Translations under genes and position numbers: made by a program | Notes under the pieces: generated by a model | The model's input: the letters and a program-made list of their open reading frames with translations, nothing else | Told to the model about the DNA's origin: nothing | Databases searched by the model: none | DNA from: a virus | Lineage: Duplodnaviria; Caudoviricetes | DNA length: 54,797 bases | IMG/VR virus record: IMGVR_UViG_3300046791_000336 | Span: 1 to 54,797 of that record | Strand: one strand, 5' to 3' | Shown here: piece by piece, positions 26,455-34,812 of the stretch | Layout of the letters: each line of letters starts with the position of its first letter | Numbering within the stretch: position 1 is the stretch's first letter

Positions 26455-26777
26455 TCGCAGGTGTAGAACCGCATGATTTGGCGCGGCTCGGCGGTTGGGC
26501 TATCCGCTGTATGTGACCCGTAACAGCATCCACGCTGGCCATCGAACTCAAACGTACGCGCGCACGTCAGGCTTACTGGATCCGAGCTCCACCCATTGGC
26601 GTCTGGATTTGACGCCTTGCACTGTACGCTATCGGTCGCGGGCTGCGAATCGCACGGCAGATCGCAAGTCCACTCACCGCTGGCCGGTTGCTGTGGCGTG
26701 CATGAAATCTGTTCGTGCAGGTCCGCTCTGCCGTCAACACACCCCACCAACAACACCGCTAACCAGATAGCTCTCAT
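26451..26777 (-). CDS. Cys-rich lipoprotein (candidate superinfection exclusion)
   Basis: MRAIWLAVLLVGC lipobox; 8 further Cys; opposite strand right after the tail tip. Confidence 0.7.
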   Translation of the reverse strand: MRAIWLAVLLVGCVDGRADLHEQISCTPQQPASGEWTCDLPCDSQPATDSVQCKASNPDANGWSSDPVSLTCARTFEFDGQRGCCYGSHTADSPTAEPRQIMRFYTCD

Positions 26778-26837
26778 AGCCAAATCCTAACCACAGCCGC
26801 CCGTCCGTGGAAGCGCTCCTGGGGTAGCGGTTGGCCA

Positions 26838-26868
26838 AATCGACCAATCCACATGTCGGGGCGAGGCT
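26838..26868 (+). promoter_or_regulatory. Late promoter upstream of lipoprotein/lysis cluster
   Basis: AATCGACC (26838-26845)-N17-GAGGCT-N6-GTG(26875). Confidence 0.75.
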
Positions 26869-26874
26869 GTGTAT

Positions 26875-27114
26875 GTGACCCGGGTAGCCATCTTAGCCGC
26901 CCTAGCCGGCTGTACGGTAACGCACGCGCTCCGCCGCCCGCATGAGCCGACCCCTGTCGCGGCCATGCTGGTTGACGCTGCATTAGCGGGCGTTGGCGCG
27001 TGCCTTGGGATGTCCGAGCAGTTTGCTCCATACCCCAACAAAGAGCGCATGGTGCTCGGCTACGGCGTTGCCATGGCGGTCTACCTGCCGCTGTGGGTGG
27101 TGGAGACCAAGTGA
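26875..27114 (+). CDS. Lipoprotein/membrane protein
   Basis: MTRVAILAALAGC lipobox plus two hydrophobic segments. Confidence 0.65.
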   Translation: MTRVAILAALAGCTVTHALRRPHEPTPVAAMLVDAALAGVGACLGMSEQFAPYPNKERMVLGYGVAMAVYLPLWVVETK

Positions 27115-27398
27115 GGGGCGCGCTGGCACTGGCCGGATTGTTCGCCTGCGGAACGTATGAGCGCGTCAGAGACGCCGATGGCGAGGTCTACGAGTGCAAC
27201 CTTCACGGCGACACCGCTGAGTATTGCTACTTCGCAGACTCAGCCGCAGAGCTCGCCGACCTAACCGGCTCCACCGCGTGCAGGCTAACTGATCGCTGGT
27301 TCCCGTTGATAACGAATGCCATCGGGCGCGGGTGTCGATACGTGTGCCCCGGGCAAACTGGCTGTAACGCGCATCTTGGGTGCTGGTGCCCCCAATGA
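27111..27398 (+). CDS. Cys-rich lipoprotein
   Basis: GTGA overlap; MRGALALAGLFAC; multiple Cys. Confidence 0.65.
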   Translation: MRGALALAGLFACGTYERVRDADGEVYECNLHGDTAEYCYFADSAAELADLTGSTACRLTDRWFPLITNAIGRGCRYVCPGQTGCNAHLGCWCPQ

Positions 27399-27652
27399 TC
27401 CGTCAAGTCCTCCCAGCCCGCCGCCGCTGGCTAACCCCCGGCACCGTCGCCCTCATCGCGATCCTCGCCGGCTGTGCCGTTGGCGCCATCATCCCGGTTC
27501 CTGTCACGCCATCACCTGGCGTAGCGCCGTCTGTCTGGACCATCCGCTTCGACGGCGACTGCGACTCCATCTGGCAGCAGCCCGCAACGTTCTGCCGAGC
27601 CGGCTCGCTCACCCTTGTTGACTCTTGCCACTGGGAATGCGTGGGGCAGTGA
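27395..27652 (+). CDS. Cys-containing lipoprotein/membrane protein
   Basis: ATGA overlap; VALIAILAGC; four Cys in the C-terminal part. Confidence 0.55.
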   Translation: MIRQVLPARRRWLTPGTVALIAILAGCAVGAIIPVPVTPSPGVAPSVWTIRFDGDCDSIWQQPATFCRAGSLTLVDSCHWECVGQ

Positions 27653-28101
27653 GCAAGCGCCGCCCCACCGATCGCGACGTCTTCATTCCAAAGCACACCG
27701 CCACGCCCGAGTTCATCGAGGACCAGGGCACCGGCAACTGCTCGGGCGACGACCTTCGCCGCGTTCGCTCTCGCCGTCCTACCAGCAAGCGTCTCGAGAT
27801 GCTGGAAGCCAAGGATGACCAGCGAGCCGAAGACATCGCCGAGATCAAGGTCGCAGTGGCAGACATCCGCGGCGATCAGAAGGCACAGAACGTAGCGCTG
27901 TCATCGATCCAGAAGTCGCTCGAGCGCCAGGCCGCCCGCGATGACGCCGAGTTCGTAGCGGACGTCAGCGTTGATGCCGCGCAAAAGAAAGACGTCATCA
28001 CCGCTCAAGCAGAGAAGCGAGCGCTGGCGCTCAAGGCGCTGGGACTTCTGCTCGGCGGCGGTGTTATCGGCAAACTCGGCAACATGTTGGGGCTGTGGTG
28101 A
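27649..28101 (+). CDS. Coiled-coil protein with C-terminal hydrophobic helix
   Basis: GTGA overlap; heptad region; ALGLLLGGGVIG. Confidence 0.6.
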   Translation: MSKRRPTDRDVFIPKHTATPEFIEDQGTGNCSGDDLRRVRSRRPTSKRLEMLEAKDDQRAEDIAEIKVAVADIRGDQKAQNVALSSIQKSLERQAARDDAEFVADVSVDAAQKKDVITAQAEKRALALKALGLLLGGGVIGKLGNMLGLW

Positions 28102-28424
28102 GCGACCACGACGACGACAACGGCGACTCGACCAACGGGCACAACCACGATCTCGTTCCTGTCTCGGACGAGCGCGCTACGTCACTCGAGCGCCGCATGG
28201 GCTTGCTGGCTCTCGAGATGGAGAACCTGCAGGGTTCACTCAACGCGTTCCGCACCAAGTTCAACAGGCATGCCGAGCTCGTTGAGGACTTCATGCGCGC
28301 CATTGACAGCAAGCTTAACGACGCACTCAACAACACTCACGGCTACGGAGTCCTGAAAAGACTCGGTGCCATCGAAGATGCACTCGCCTCAAAGCCAAAG
28401 CGCACTCGCGCTGGAAGGAAATGA
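28098..28424 (+). CDS. Coiled-coil hypothetical protein
   Basis: Overlaps both neighbours by 4 nt. Confidence 0.55.
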   Translation: MSDHDDDNGDSTNGHNHDLVPVSDERATSLERRMGLLALEMENLQGSLNAFRTKFNRHAELVEDFMRAIDSKLNDALNNTHGYGVLKRLGAIEDALASKPKRTRAGRK

Positions 28425-28567
28425 CAATGACATTCTGGATTGCTCTCGTTGGTGCTGTGCTCGCTGCTGCTTCGTTGATCCTCCACGTGGTTGCACCGAG
28501 GACGAAGAACACGACCGACGACAAGTTGATGGAGTTGGTGGACAAGGCGAAGGACAAGTTGTCCTAG
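28421..28567 (+). CDS. Small single-TM protein, holin candidate (48 aa, below ORF-track cutoff)
   Basis: SD GGAAGG; MTMTFWIALVGAVLAAASLILHVVAPRTKNTTDDKLMELVDKAKDKLS. Confidence 0.6.
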   Translation: MTMTFWIALVGAVLAAASLILHVVAPRTKNTTDDKLMELVDKAKDKLS

Positions 28568-28652
28568 TCGTGCGCGCCGCCCTCCCATACGCGATGGGGA
28601 TCAGCATGTGCCTGCTCTATGGCTGGTGCTGGCTCCAGGCTCGGAGGTCACG

Positions 28653-28835
28653 GTGACCGAATCCGACGACGAGCTGCGCAAGCGCCTGCTCTACGTTGCC
28701 GGCGATGGCGACGTGATGTCAGCGCGCATTGCCAGCGCGTGGTCGGCAAGACTCGACGAGTTCGCCAATGCGCTGGGGCTCGAGCGACGGCGCACGGTAA
28801 CGAAGCCGTGGCCGCAGATGGGGACGTGGGTCTAG
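28653..28835 (+). CDS. Hypothetical protein
   Basis: GGAGG SD before GTG; MTESDDELRKRLLYVAG...LGLERRR. Confidence 0.5.
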   Translation: MTESDDELRKRLLYVAGDGDVMSARIASAWSARLDEFANALGLERRRTVTKPWPQMGTWV

Positions 28836-29230
28836 TGGGCGCCGCTATCGCACTGGCCATCGCGGTGGCGGCGGCATGCGGTGCGGTGTTGACGATGGCA
28901 CTGAAGGCACTGAGCGCGGAAAGGCGCGCAGGAGAGCAGAAGGCACGAGCAGATTCGTTAGACGTGAACCTAACCAGCATCGCGGCGCTACTGGCTGACA
29001 CGACCAAACAACTACAGGACGCAAGGGAGAGAATGGATGCGCTCAGCGAGATGGCTATTTCGGACGCTGCTAACCATCCCACTGATGGCTCATTCAAGCG
29101 CCTGCTGGCGCTCCTCGGCGTCAACCACGCCAAGGGTCCTGACGGTGCAGGTAACTCTGCCGTGCTTCACGGGCAGCCCACCCCCGCCAACGACCCTGAC
29201 GGATTGCTTGACCCTTCAAGCATCGACTGA
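28826..29230 (+). CDS. Inner-membrane spanin (Rz-like)
   Basis: N-terminal TM (GAAIALAIAVAAACGAVLTMAL) followed by coiled coil; overlapped by a lipoprotein ORF. Confidence 0.6.
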   Translation: MGLVGAAIALAIAVAAACGAVLTMALKALSAERRAGEQKARADSLDVNLTSIAALLADTTKQLQDARERMDALSEMAISDAANHPTDGSFKRLLALLGVNHAKGPDGAGNSAVLHGQPTPANDPDGLLDPSSID

Positions 29231-29330
29231 CGTGGACTGTCTCGCTCACGAGATTGAAGTCCTGCGCGCATACATCCAAGTGCAGCAACTCAAATGCGGC
29301 AAGCGCCCGACTGCCGAGGTGAAACCATGA
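29037..29330 (+). CDS. Outer-membrane spanin (Rz1-like lipoprotein)
   Basis: Overlaps Rz in the +1 frame; MRSARWLFRTLLTIPLMAHSSAC, Pro-rich PCFTGSPPPP, C-terminal helix with Cys. Confidence 0.6.
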   Translation: MRSARWLFRTLLTIPLMAHSSACWRSSASTTPRVLTVQVTLPCFTGSPPPPTTLTDCLTLQASTDVDCLAHEIEVLRAYIQVQQLKCGKRPTAEVKP

Positions 29331-29576
29331 AGACAGACACCATCCTCATCGGCGCTACGTGTTTCTGCGCTGGCTTCGCATCCGCGTGCTTTGTCGCGAT
29401 GTGGTGGCTCACTTGAAATTCCGCGGCTTCCAATCCGAGCGCTCCTACTCGATCGCAACCGGCGATCCAGACGGGCCAGTGCCTGTCGCCAAGGGGGACT
29501 ACGTGGTGTTGCTGGTCGGCCCGCCCAAGGGTGAGTGGGGGATGAGGCTCATCAAGTTTCTGCTGGGGGACAAGCA

Positions 29577-30782
29577 GTGAGCCATGTCGACTTGCGCCGG
29601 TTGTGCGCGAGCGGCAAGGTGGCTGCGCTGTTCGACGAGCTCGGCACGTGGCAAGCGGTGGCCGCACGGCTTGGCGTGAGCGAGACAGCGTTGCGGAGGG
29701 CGAGGGCGTTTCGTGCGCTGGAAACATTTCCTGCACAGGAAATACATTTACCCGTTACCGAAAACACCCCGAATCAGGAATCGGACATACCGATTGTCTG
29801 GGACGTTATCGAGGATGAGAAGACGGAGCCACATCGGCTGGACAGTTTTTCGTCTGAATCGGCGAACGTGGACAGTTTTTCGTCTGGTATCAGGCCGCCG
29901 GTCAGTTTCGCATCCGGCTCCGCCATCTATCGCAATCCGTTCGATGAGCCACAGCAATCCATTCGACACCTCACCAAGGAAGACTGCCCAGACGGCTCGC
30001 TGATTCTTTGGGCGTCTGACGTCCACATCCCGATCCACAATGAGCCCGTACTGCGCCTCATGGTTGAGTGCGCCGAACGTTCTGGTGTTAACCGCGTGAT
30101 CGCTGGCGGCGACATCCTCGATTTCAACTGTCTCAGCAAACACGCCAAGGAATCGCGGCGCACGGTAGAGCACGCAACCGTACTCGAGGAGGTGGAGCCC
30201 GGGCGCTGGTTCCTGAACTGGCTCGCCACCAAGCAGACAGACTTCCTCCTCGGCAATCACGAGGACAGACTCAAGCGATTCGTAGATGAGAACCCGGCGT
30301 TTCACGGCACCGTAGCGAGCAACTTTGCGCACGTGGTCGATCTGCCAGCCGGCATCAACGTGTTGGACGGCGAGGTGCGTCTCGGCAACCTGTCCGCATT
30401 CCACGGCCACAACGAGTTCAAGAGCGGCACCGGCGGCAAGTATCCGGCGCAGCGCATTCTCGATCTGTTCCCGGACCAGTCATCGATCTACGGCCACCTG
30501 CATCGCAAGGGTACGGCGTACCGCACGACTCGCGACGAGTACGGAGTCCAGCGAACCAGGCGCGCGTACGGCATGGGACACCTTAGTTGGGAGCACATGC
30601 ACTATGGGTACGTGGGTCGCTCGCCGAACTGGCAGACCGGCTTCGGGATGATCCGCGCATGGTGGGAAGACGATCGCCCGAGGTGGACGGTGCATCAAAT
30701 CGAGGTGCTGTTCGATCGGAACGGCAGACCGACGTTTGAGTTCGAGGGGCAGGTGTACGGGCGAAGGATGGTGGCGGCGTGA
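29577..30782 (+). CDS. Calcineurin-like metallophosphoesterase with N-terminal HTH
   Basis: SDVH, GGDILD, GNHE, FHGH, GHLHR; N-terminal WQAVAARLGVSETALRR. Confidence 0.88.
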   Translation: MSHVDLRRLCASGKVAALFDELGTWQAVAARLGVSETALRRARAFRALETFPAQEIHLPVTENTPNQESDIPIVWDVIEDEKTEPHRLDSFSSESANVDSFSSGIRPPVSFASGSAIYRNPFDEPQQSIRHLTKEDCPDGSLILWASDVHIPIHNEPVLRLMVECAERSGVNRVIAGGDILDFNCLSKHAKESRRTVEHATVLEEVEPGRWFLNWLATKQTDFLLGNHEDRLKRFVDENPAFHGTVASNFAHVVDLPAGINVLDGEVRLGNLSAFHGHNEFKSGTGGKYPAQRILDLFPDQSSIYGHLHRKGTAYRTTRDEYGVQRTRRAYGMGHLSWEHMHYGYVGRSPNWQTGFGMIRAWWEDDRPRWTVHQIEVLFDRNGRPTFEFEGQVYGRRMVAA

Positions 30783-30976
30783 AGCGACGACACCGTGGCC
30801 GTATCGGTCGCTGGCGGCGTGCACGAGAGCAATTCGAAGAGCGCATGTCCTCATGGCTCGGCGTGTCCGCTGCCGAGGCCATTGCGATGTTCGATGCCGG
30901 CAAGCTGCGCGGGACCCTCGCCGGCGTTGAGATCGAGTGCTTCCGATATCTCGTTGAGATGGAGCCACCGAGATGA
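30779..30976 (+). CDS. Hypothetical protein
   Basis: 4-nt overlaps with both neighbours. Confidence 0.45.
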   Translation: MKRRHRGRIGRWRRAREQFEERMSSWLGVSAAEAIAMFDAGKLRGTLAGVEIECFRYLVEMEPPR

Positions 30977-31167
30977 GCATCCACACCAAAGTCAGAGGAC
31001 GCCGCGGCAAGCTCGTGCACGCCCTCACGTACACCGGCGAGCGCAAGGACCTGGCGCCCGAGGATGTGCCGATGCTCGTCTGTGGCAAGCGGATGAAGGG
31101 CGTGTTGGTCACTGACGATCACATTAGTTGCCCGCAATGTACCGAAATTTTGTGGAACCAAAATTGA
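30973..31167 (+). CDS. Small Zn-binding hypothetical protein
   Basis: VH...CG...CPQC. Confidence 0.5.
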   Translation: MSIHTKVRGRRGKLVHALTYTGERKDLAPEDVPMLVCGKRMKGVLVTDDHISCPQCTEILWNQN

Positions 31168-31350
31168 CCACCATCGCCAAAGACGCCATCCGCAAGACCG
31201 CCATGCGCATCTTCAAAGATCCAACGAGCGCCACCACCGATGACGCCAAGAAACTGGCGCGTAGCATTTTGCTACTCGTGGATGGGAAGTTGCCGCAGTG
31301 AGGGAATATAGAGTTTCCATTAACCGCGGTTACGGTGAGGAATACTTGCC

Positions 31351-32022
31351 ATGACGCAGACACAAGACGCCTGCGCCTCCTCCACCCAAGAAGACAAACT
31401 CCTCGCTGCCGGCGAACGAGCGCTAGCCGAAGCCGTCCGCCTGTGGAGCCTGGACGTCTACGATCCCAAACGATCGGACAAGACGCCAGCGGGCGAGCAC
31501 AGCCGGAAGATCATCCAGGAGATCGTTAACGCCGCGGGGTGGACGTGGATCGATTACGACGGGGACGGTCGGGTAGAATGGTGCGGTCTGCATGCCGCAG
31601 CCTGTTGGCGAGCAGCAGGCATCGATCCGAAGTGGCTCGCTACGTTCTGGGCGTCAACGTACCGGCTCGATGCGTGGGCGACATACCGAGACTTCAACAA
31701 CCACAAGAACCCCAAGCCAGCGCAGGGCCCGTATCGCCTCGTGGCCAAGTTGGACTCGAGTAGCAAGGTGCTACCGTTCGAGCCGCGAGCCGGCGACATC
31801 CTGACGGTAGGCGATGGCATCCCGGCGTTCGGGGATCACATCACGATCGTGGAGTCGTGGGACGAGGCGAGGGGAATTTTTATCGTGTTGTCTGGGAACG
31901 GGGGCGGCTTGGGTCCCGACGGTAAACGGAGACAGGGAATCGTCAGGAGCGAGTTCCGTCTTGGCGGCTCTGGATATTGTGCCCGGCGAATTATCCGGCC
32001 TGCTCCGTCAGATCTTCTTTGA
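31351..32022 (+). CDS. CHAP/NlpC-P60-like cysteine amidase, probable endolysin
   Basis: SD GAGG; EWCGLHA, PRAGDI, DHITIV, LSGN. Confidence 0.72.
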   Translation: MTQTQDACASSTQEDKLLAAGERALAEAVRLWSLDVYDPKRSDKTPAGEHSRKIIQEIVNAAGWTWIDYDGDGRVEWCGLHAAACWRAAGIDPKWLATFWASTYRLDAWATYRDFNNHKNPKPAQGPYRLVAKLDSSSKVLPFEPRAGDILTVGDGIPAFGDHITIVESWDEARGIFIVLSGNGGGLGPDGKRRQGIVRSEFRLGGSGYCARRIIRPAPSDLL

Positions 32023-32659
32023 GCCATGTCTCACCGTGCGCCACATGCCTGACTGCTGGCTCCGGCAGATTGAGCGTGGCCACGATGTCCTTGATGGACC
32101 GTCCGATGGAGCGCAGTTGCCTGATGGTTTCCACATCAGACTCCGTGAGCACGGTGGCCCGCGTGTTCCTGGCTTGCTGTGTTCGGGTCGCCCAACGAAC
32201 ATTCCCGGGCTCGTAGCCGCGGCTGTTGTCGATTCGATCGAGTTCGTGCTTGGGCGATGGGCGCTCTCCCATATCGGCAAGGAAAGCGGTGAAGTCCTGC
32301 TGCCATCGATCGCACACGCGTATGCCGCGGGCTCCGTAGTCTCTGTAATCATCGCAGCCGGCGTCCGAGCAACGCTGGCGCATTCTCTTCCACGTTCCAT
32401 AAAGCGGATGGCGCGGAACGCTGGTTCGCGAGTAGCCGTGCCTCCGTGCGCGGGTTGCCATCAGCACCGACTGTATCTCTCGCAGCAGACAGCCGCAGGA
32501 CTCGCTCCTGCCAGACCTGAGCCCGCTGGAGAGCACAGAGCGCTCTACGCCGCAATCACACCGGCACTGCCAGCGCGCGCCGCCTCCGGTCATTTTGTCG
32601 AGGGACAGCACCAGCCAGCGCCCGAATCTCTCCCCTGTCAGATCCAAGAATCTTGGCAT
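31991..32659 (-). CDS. HNH-type homing endonuclease with C-terminal HTH (copy 2)
   Basis: GERFGRW, WQCRCDCG, YGARGIRVCDRW, LDRIDNSRGYEPGNVRWAT. Confidence 0.85.
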   Translation of the reverse strand: MPRFLDLTGERFGRWLVLSLDKMTGGGARWQCRCDCGVERSVLSSGLRSGRSESCGCLLREIQSVLMATRARRHGYSRTSVPRHPLYGTWKRMRQRCSDAGCDDYRDYGARGIRVCDRWQQDFTAFLADMGERPSPKHELDRIDNSRGYEPGNVRWATRTQQARNTRATVLTESDVETIRQLRSIGRSIKDIVATLNLPEPAVRHVAHGETWLKEDLTEQAG

Positions 32660-32706
32660 TTGACACTACCGTTTGTCTCAAATGAGACATGTCAAGGGCT
32701 GGCGGC

Positions 32707-32913
32707 ATGAAACCGATCGGCAAGCTTGAGACGGGGCCGTGCTCCGGTCCCCACGAGTTCATCATCGGCCAGTACGGCAACTGTTTGTCCGGCGCCTGCC
32801 ACAGGCCGCGGTGTGTCTGCGGATCCCACGACACCGAACCGTTCACGCTGCCCAAAGCCGGAGCCTGGCACTGTCGCCCCTGCGGCCACGTGTTCTGGCC
32901 GGCGGTCCGCTAG
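32707..32913 (+). CDS. Small Cys/His-rich protein
   Basis: CVCGS...WHCRPCGHVF zinc-ribbon pattern. Confidence 0.45.
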   Translation: MKPIGKLETGPCSGPHEFIIGQYGNCLSGACHRPRCVCGSHDTEPFTLPKAGAWHCRPCGHVFWPAVR

Positions 32914-34433
32914 GCATACGCAACCACGCGTCTCTTAATGGTGTATTCGTGGTGGGTTCTGCACGCAGATGCCTCTACGAGTGACTCCGCCTGAACCGCC
33001 CGGAACCGCATGGTTATCGTCACGCATTTGTTCTCAACCTCCGCCCGCTTGACGATGGATTGTACTACCCGGCGCCTGTCCTCGGGTGTGCCCGATTCGG
33101 CGAGTCGGGTCATGGCGGCGATGTAGGCGGCCGGATCGATGGCACCCTCGCGATCACCCGTCACGGCACGCTCCGCCGTCTGCAACTGCTCTGCGGTGAA
33201 CGCGCGCTCCTTGCGCAGCGCTGCTAGCTCCACGTCCAGGGCGTCATCCGAGATCATCCCCTTGCGGTAGCGCGCTAGGAACGCCTGCTCCGCCTTCGTG
33301 AGACGCGCCAGGTCAGCCTTGTATTTGGCAGCGTCCTTCTCCCACGCCTTGCGGTTGCCGCTGCGCTCGTCTGCACGCTTAGCCAGCGCCTTCGCGAGCC
33401 GCGGATCCTGCAACTCGGATAGGACCGAGTCCCACACCGCGGCGTCAATCTCGGCGACCAGCGCGCTCGGCGCCTTGCATCCCTTACCGAGTCGCCTCTC
33501 GCGGCAGTAGTACCGGGCCGGGTGCCTTCCGCCGTCCGCCGTCTGGATGCAGATCTTACCGCCACATTCGCCGCACGTTGCCAGCGCTTCGAGTAGGTAG
33601 ATGTGTCGGGTTCTTCGGAGTCCGCGTTGCTTGCCGCTGGTCACGGCTTGTTGTGCCCGCTGCCACGTCACCTCGTCAACGATCGGCGGCACACGAACGA
33701 CCACGTGGAACCGCGTGTTGGCCAGCCACTCGCCGACAGGATAGCGGGCCGTGACGATGCGCCACACGAGGTGGTCGTGCCAGATGCCGGTCTGCGATGG
33801 CTCGCCTCGGGCGCGCAAGTCGTCCGCGATCGTCTTGCACGAGTCGCCTGCGATGACGCGGCGGAAGATCTCGCGGACGATCCTCGCGTGCTCCGGGTTG
33901 AGCGACCACTCCTTGGTGGCGCGATCGTAACCAAGCCCGTACGGCGTCCACCCGTTCGGCTTGTGGCCGTTCTCCGCGGCGCGTAGTAGTCCGCGCTTGG
34001 TGCGCTCGGCTCGCTTGCGGTTCTCCTCTGCCGCGAACACGGCCTGCAGCGTGACGTAGAGCTCGCCGATCATCGTGCGGAGATCCAGCTCGCCACCGCT
34101 CGGTGTGACGATGCGAATCCCGGCCGCCTGGAACGGGCCAAGGATGGCCGCGCGTTCCTGCATGTCATCGGTTCGCGTGAGCCTGTCGATGTCGATCACC
34201 ACCAGGACATCGAACCGCCCGGCGTGCGCGTCCTTCAGCAGCCGAGCGAAGCCTTCGCGCTTGTCTAGCTTGCCGGCTCGTGCGCTGCGCCCGTCATCAA
34301 TGTACGTGTCTACGAGCAACCAGCCCTGTGCCTTAACGAACGCCGGCAACACGCGTAGCTGAGACTCGATGGTCTGCGATTCTCGTTGCGCTTGGCTGCT
34401 GACGCGTGCGTATATCGCGGCTCTCGTAATCAC
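32910..34433 (-). CDS. int: Large serine recombinase (integrase)
   Basis: AIYARVSS catalytic motif, DRLTR, TPYGLGY recombinase domain, CGECG/YYC zinc ribbon, coiled coil. Confidence 0.95.
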   Translation of the reverse strand: MITRAAIYARVSSQAQRESQTIESQLRVLPAFVKAQGWLLVDTYIDDGRSARAGKLDKREGFARLLKDAHAGRFDVLVVIDIDRLTRTDDMQERAAILGPFQAAGIRIVTPSGGELDLRTMIGELYVTLQAVFAAEENRKRAERTKRGLLRAAENGHKPNGWTPYGLGYDRATKEWSLNPEHARIVREIFRRVIAGDSCKTIADDLRARGEPSQTGIWHDHLVWRIVTARYPVGEWLANTRFHVVVRVPPIVDEVTWQRAQQAVTSGKQRGLRRTRHIYLLEALATCGECGGKICIQTADGGRHPARYYCRERRLGKGCKAPSALVAEIDAAVWDSVLSELQDPRLAKALAKRADERSGNRKAWEKDAAKYKADLARLTKAEQAFLARYRKGMISDDALDVELAALRKERAFTAEQLQTAERAVTGDREGAIDPAAYIAAMTRLAESGTPEDRRRVVQSIVKRAEVENKCVTITMRFRAVQAESLVEASACRTHHEYTIKRRVVAYA

Positions 34434-34588
34434 GGGCGGGACTTTTGCCCGGAATGAACGAGCGGGTCCAGCACAGAGAACAGAACGTCAACGAGATCGT
34501 CGAAGGCTTGAGCATCGGGCTCGTGTTCGACAATGACGAGCGGACGTCTTGGGGCAGGCGGGCGGCGGCGTTTGGGGAGGGGGCTCAC
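34430..34588 (-). CDS. Small basic protein coupled to integrase
   Basis: GTGA overlaps at both ends; MSPLPKRRRPPAPRRPLVIVEHEPDAQAFDDLVDVLF. Confidence 0.5.
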   Translation of the reverse strand: MSPLPKRRRPPAPRRPLVIVEHEPDAQAFDDLVDVLFSVLDPLVHSGQKSRP

Positions 34589-34812
34589 GGCGCCGGCCTT
34601 CCGCAGCCTGGCGACCAACAGCCACCGAGCCGATACCCATGCTCGTGGTACAGGCGGTGGTCCTCGGCTTCGTAGAGCCCAATCTCGTGCGCCCGACACA
34701 GCGCCGCCCCGATCGCGAGATTGCGGGTGAGGGTGCGGAGCGTGTGCTGGACTTCCCATGTCCGCGTTCGATGGCACTCGGCGCACTCGCATGTGCGGTA
34801 GTTGAATTTCAC
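34585..34812 (-). CDS. Zn-binding hypothetical protein
   Basis: CECAEC...LCRAH...CWSPGC; coupled overlaps. Confidence 0.5.
   Translation of the reverse strand: MKFNYRTCECAECHRTRTWEVQHTLRTLTRNLAIGAALCRAHEIGLYEAEDHRLYHEHGYRLGGCWSPGCGRPAP

Noticed and set aside
32910-33000. attP inside the integrase 3' end, as in Myxococcus phage Mx8
   Set aside because: Only weak dyad symmetry is visible; cannot be supported without prophage junctions.
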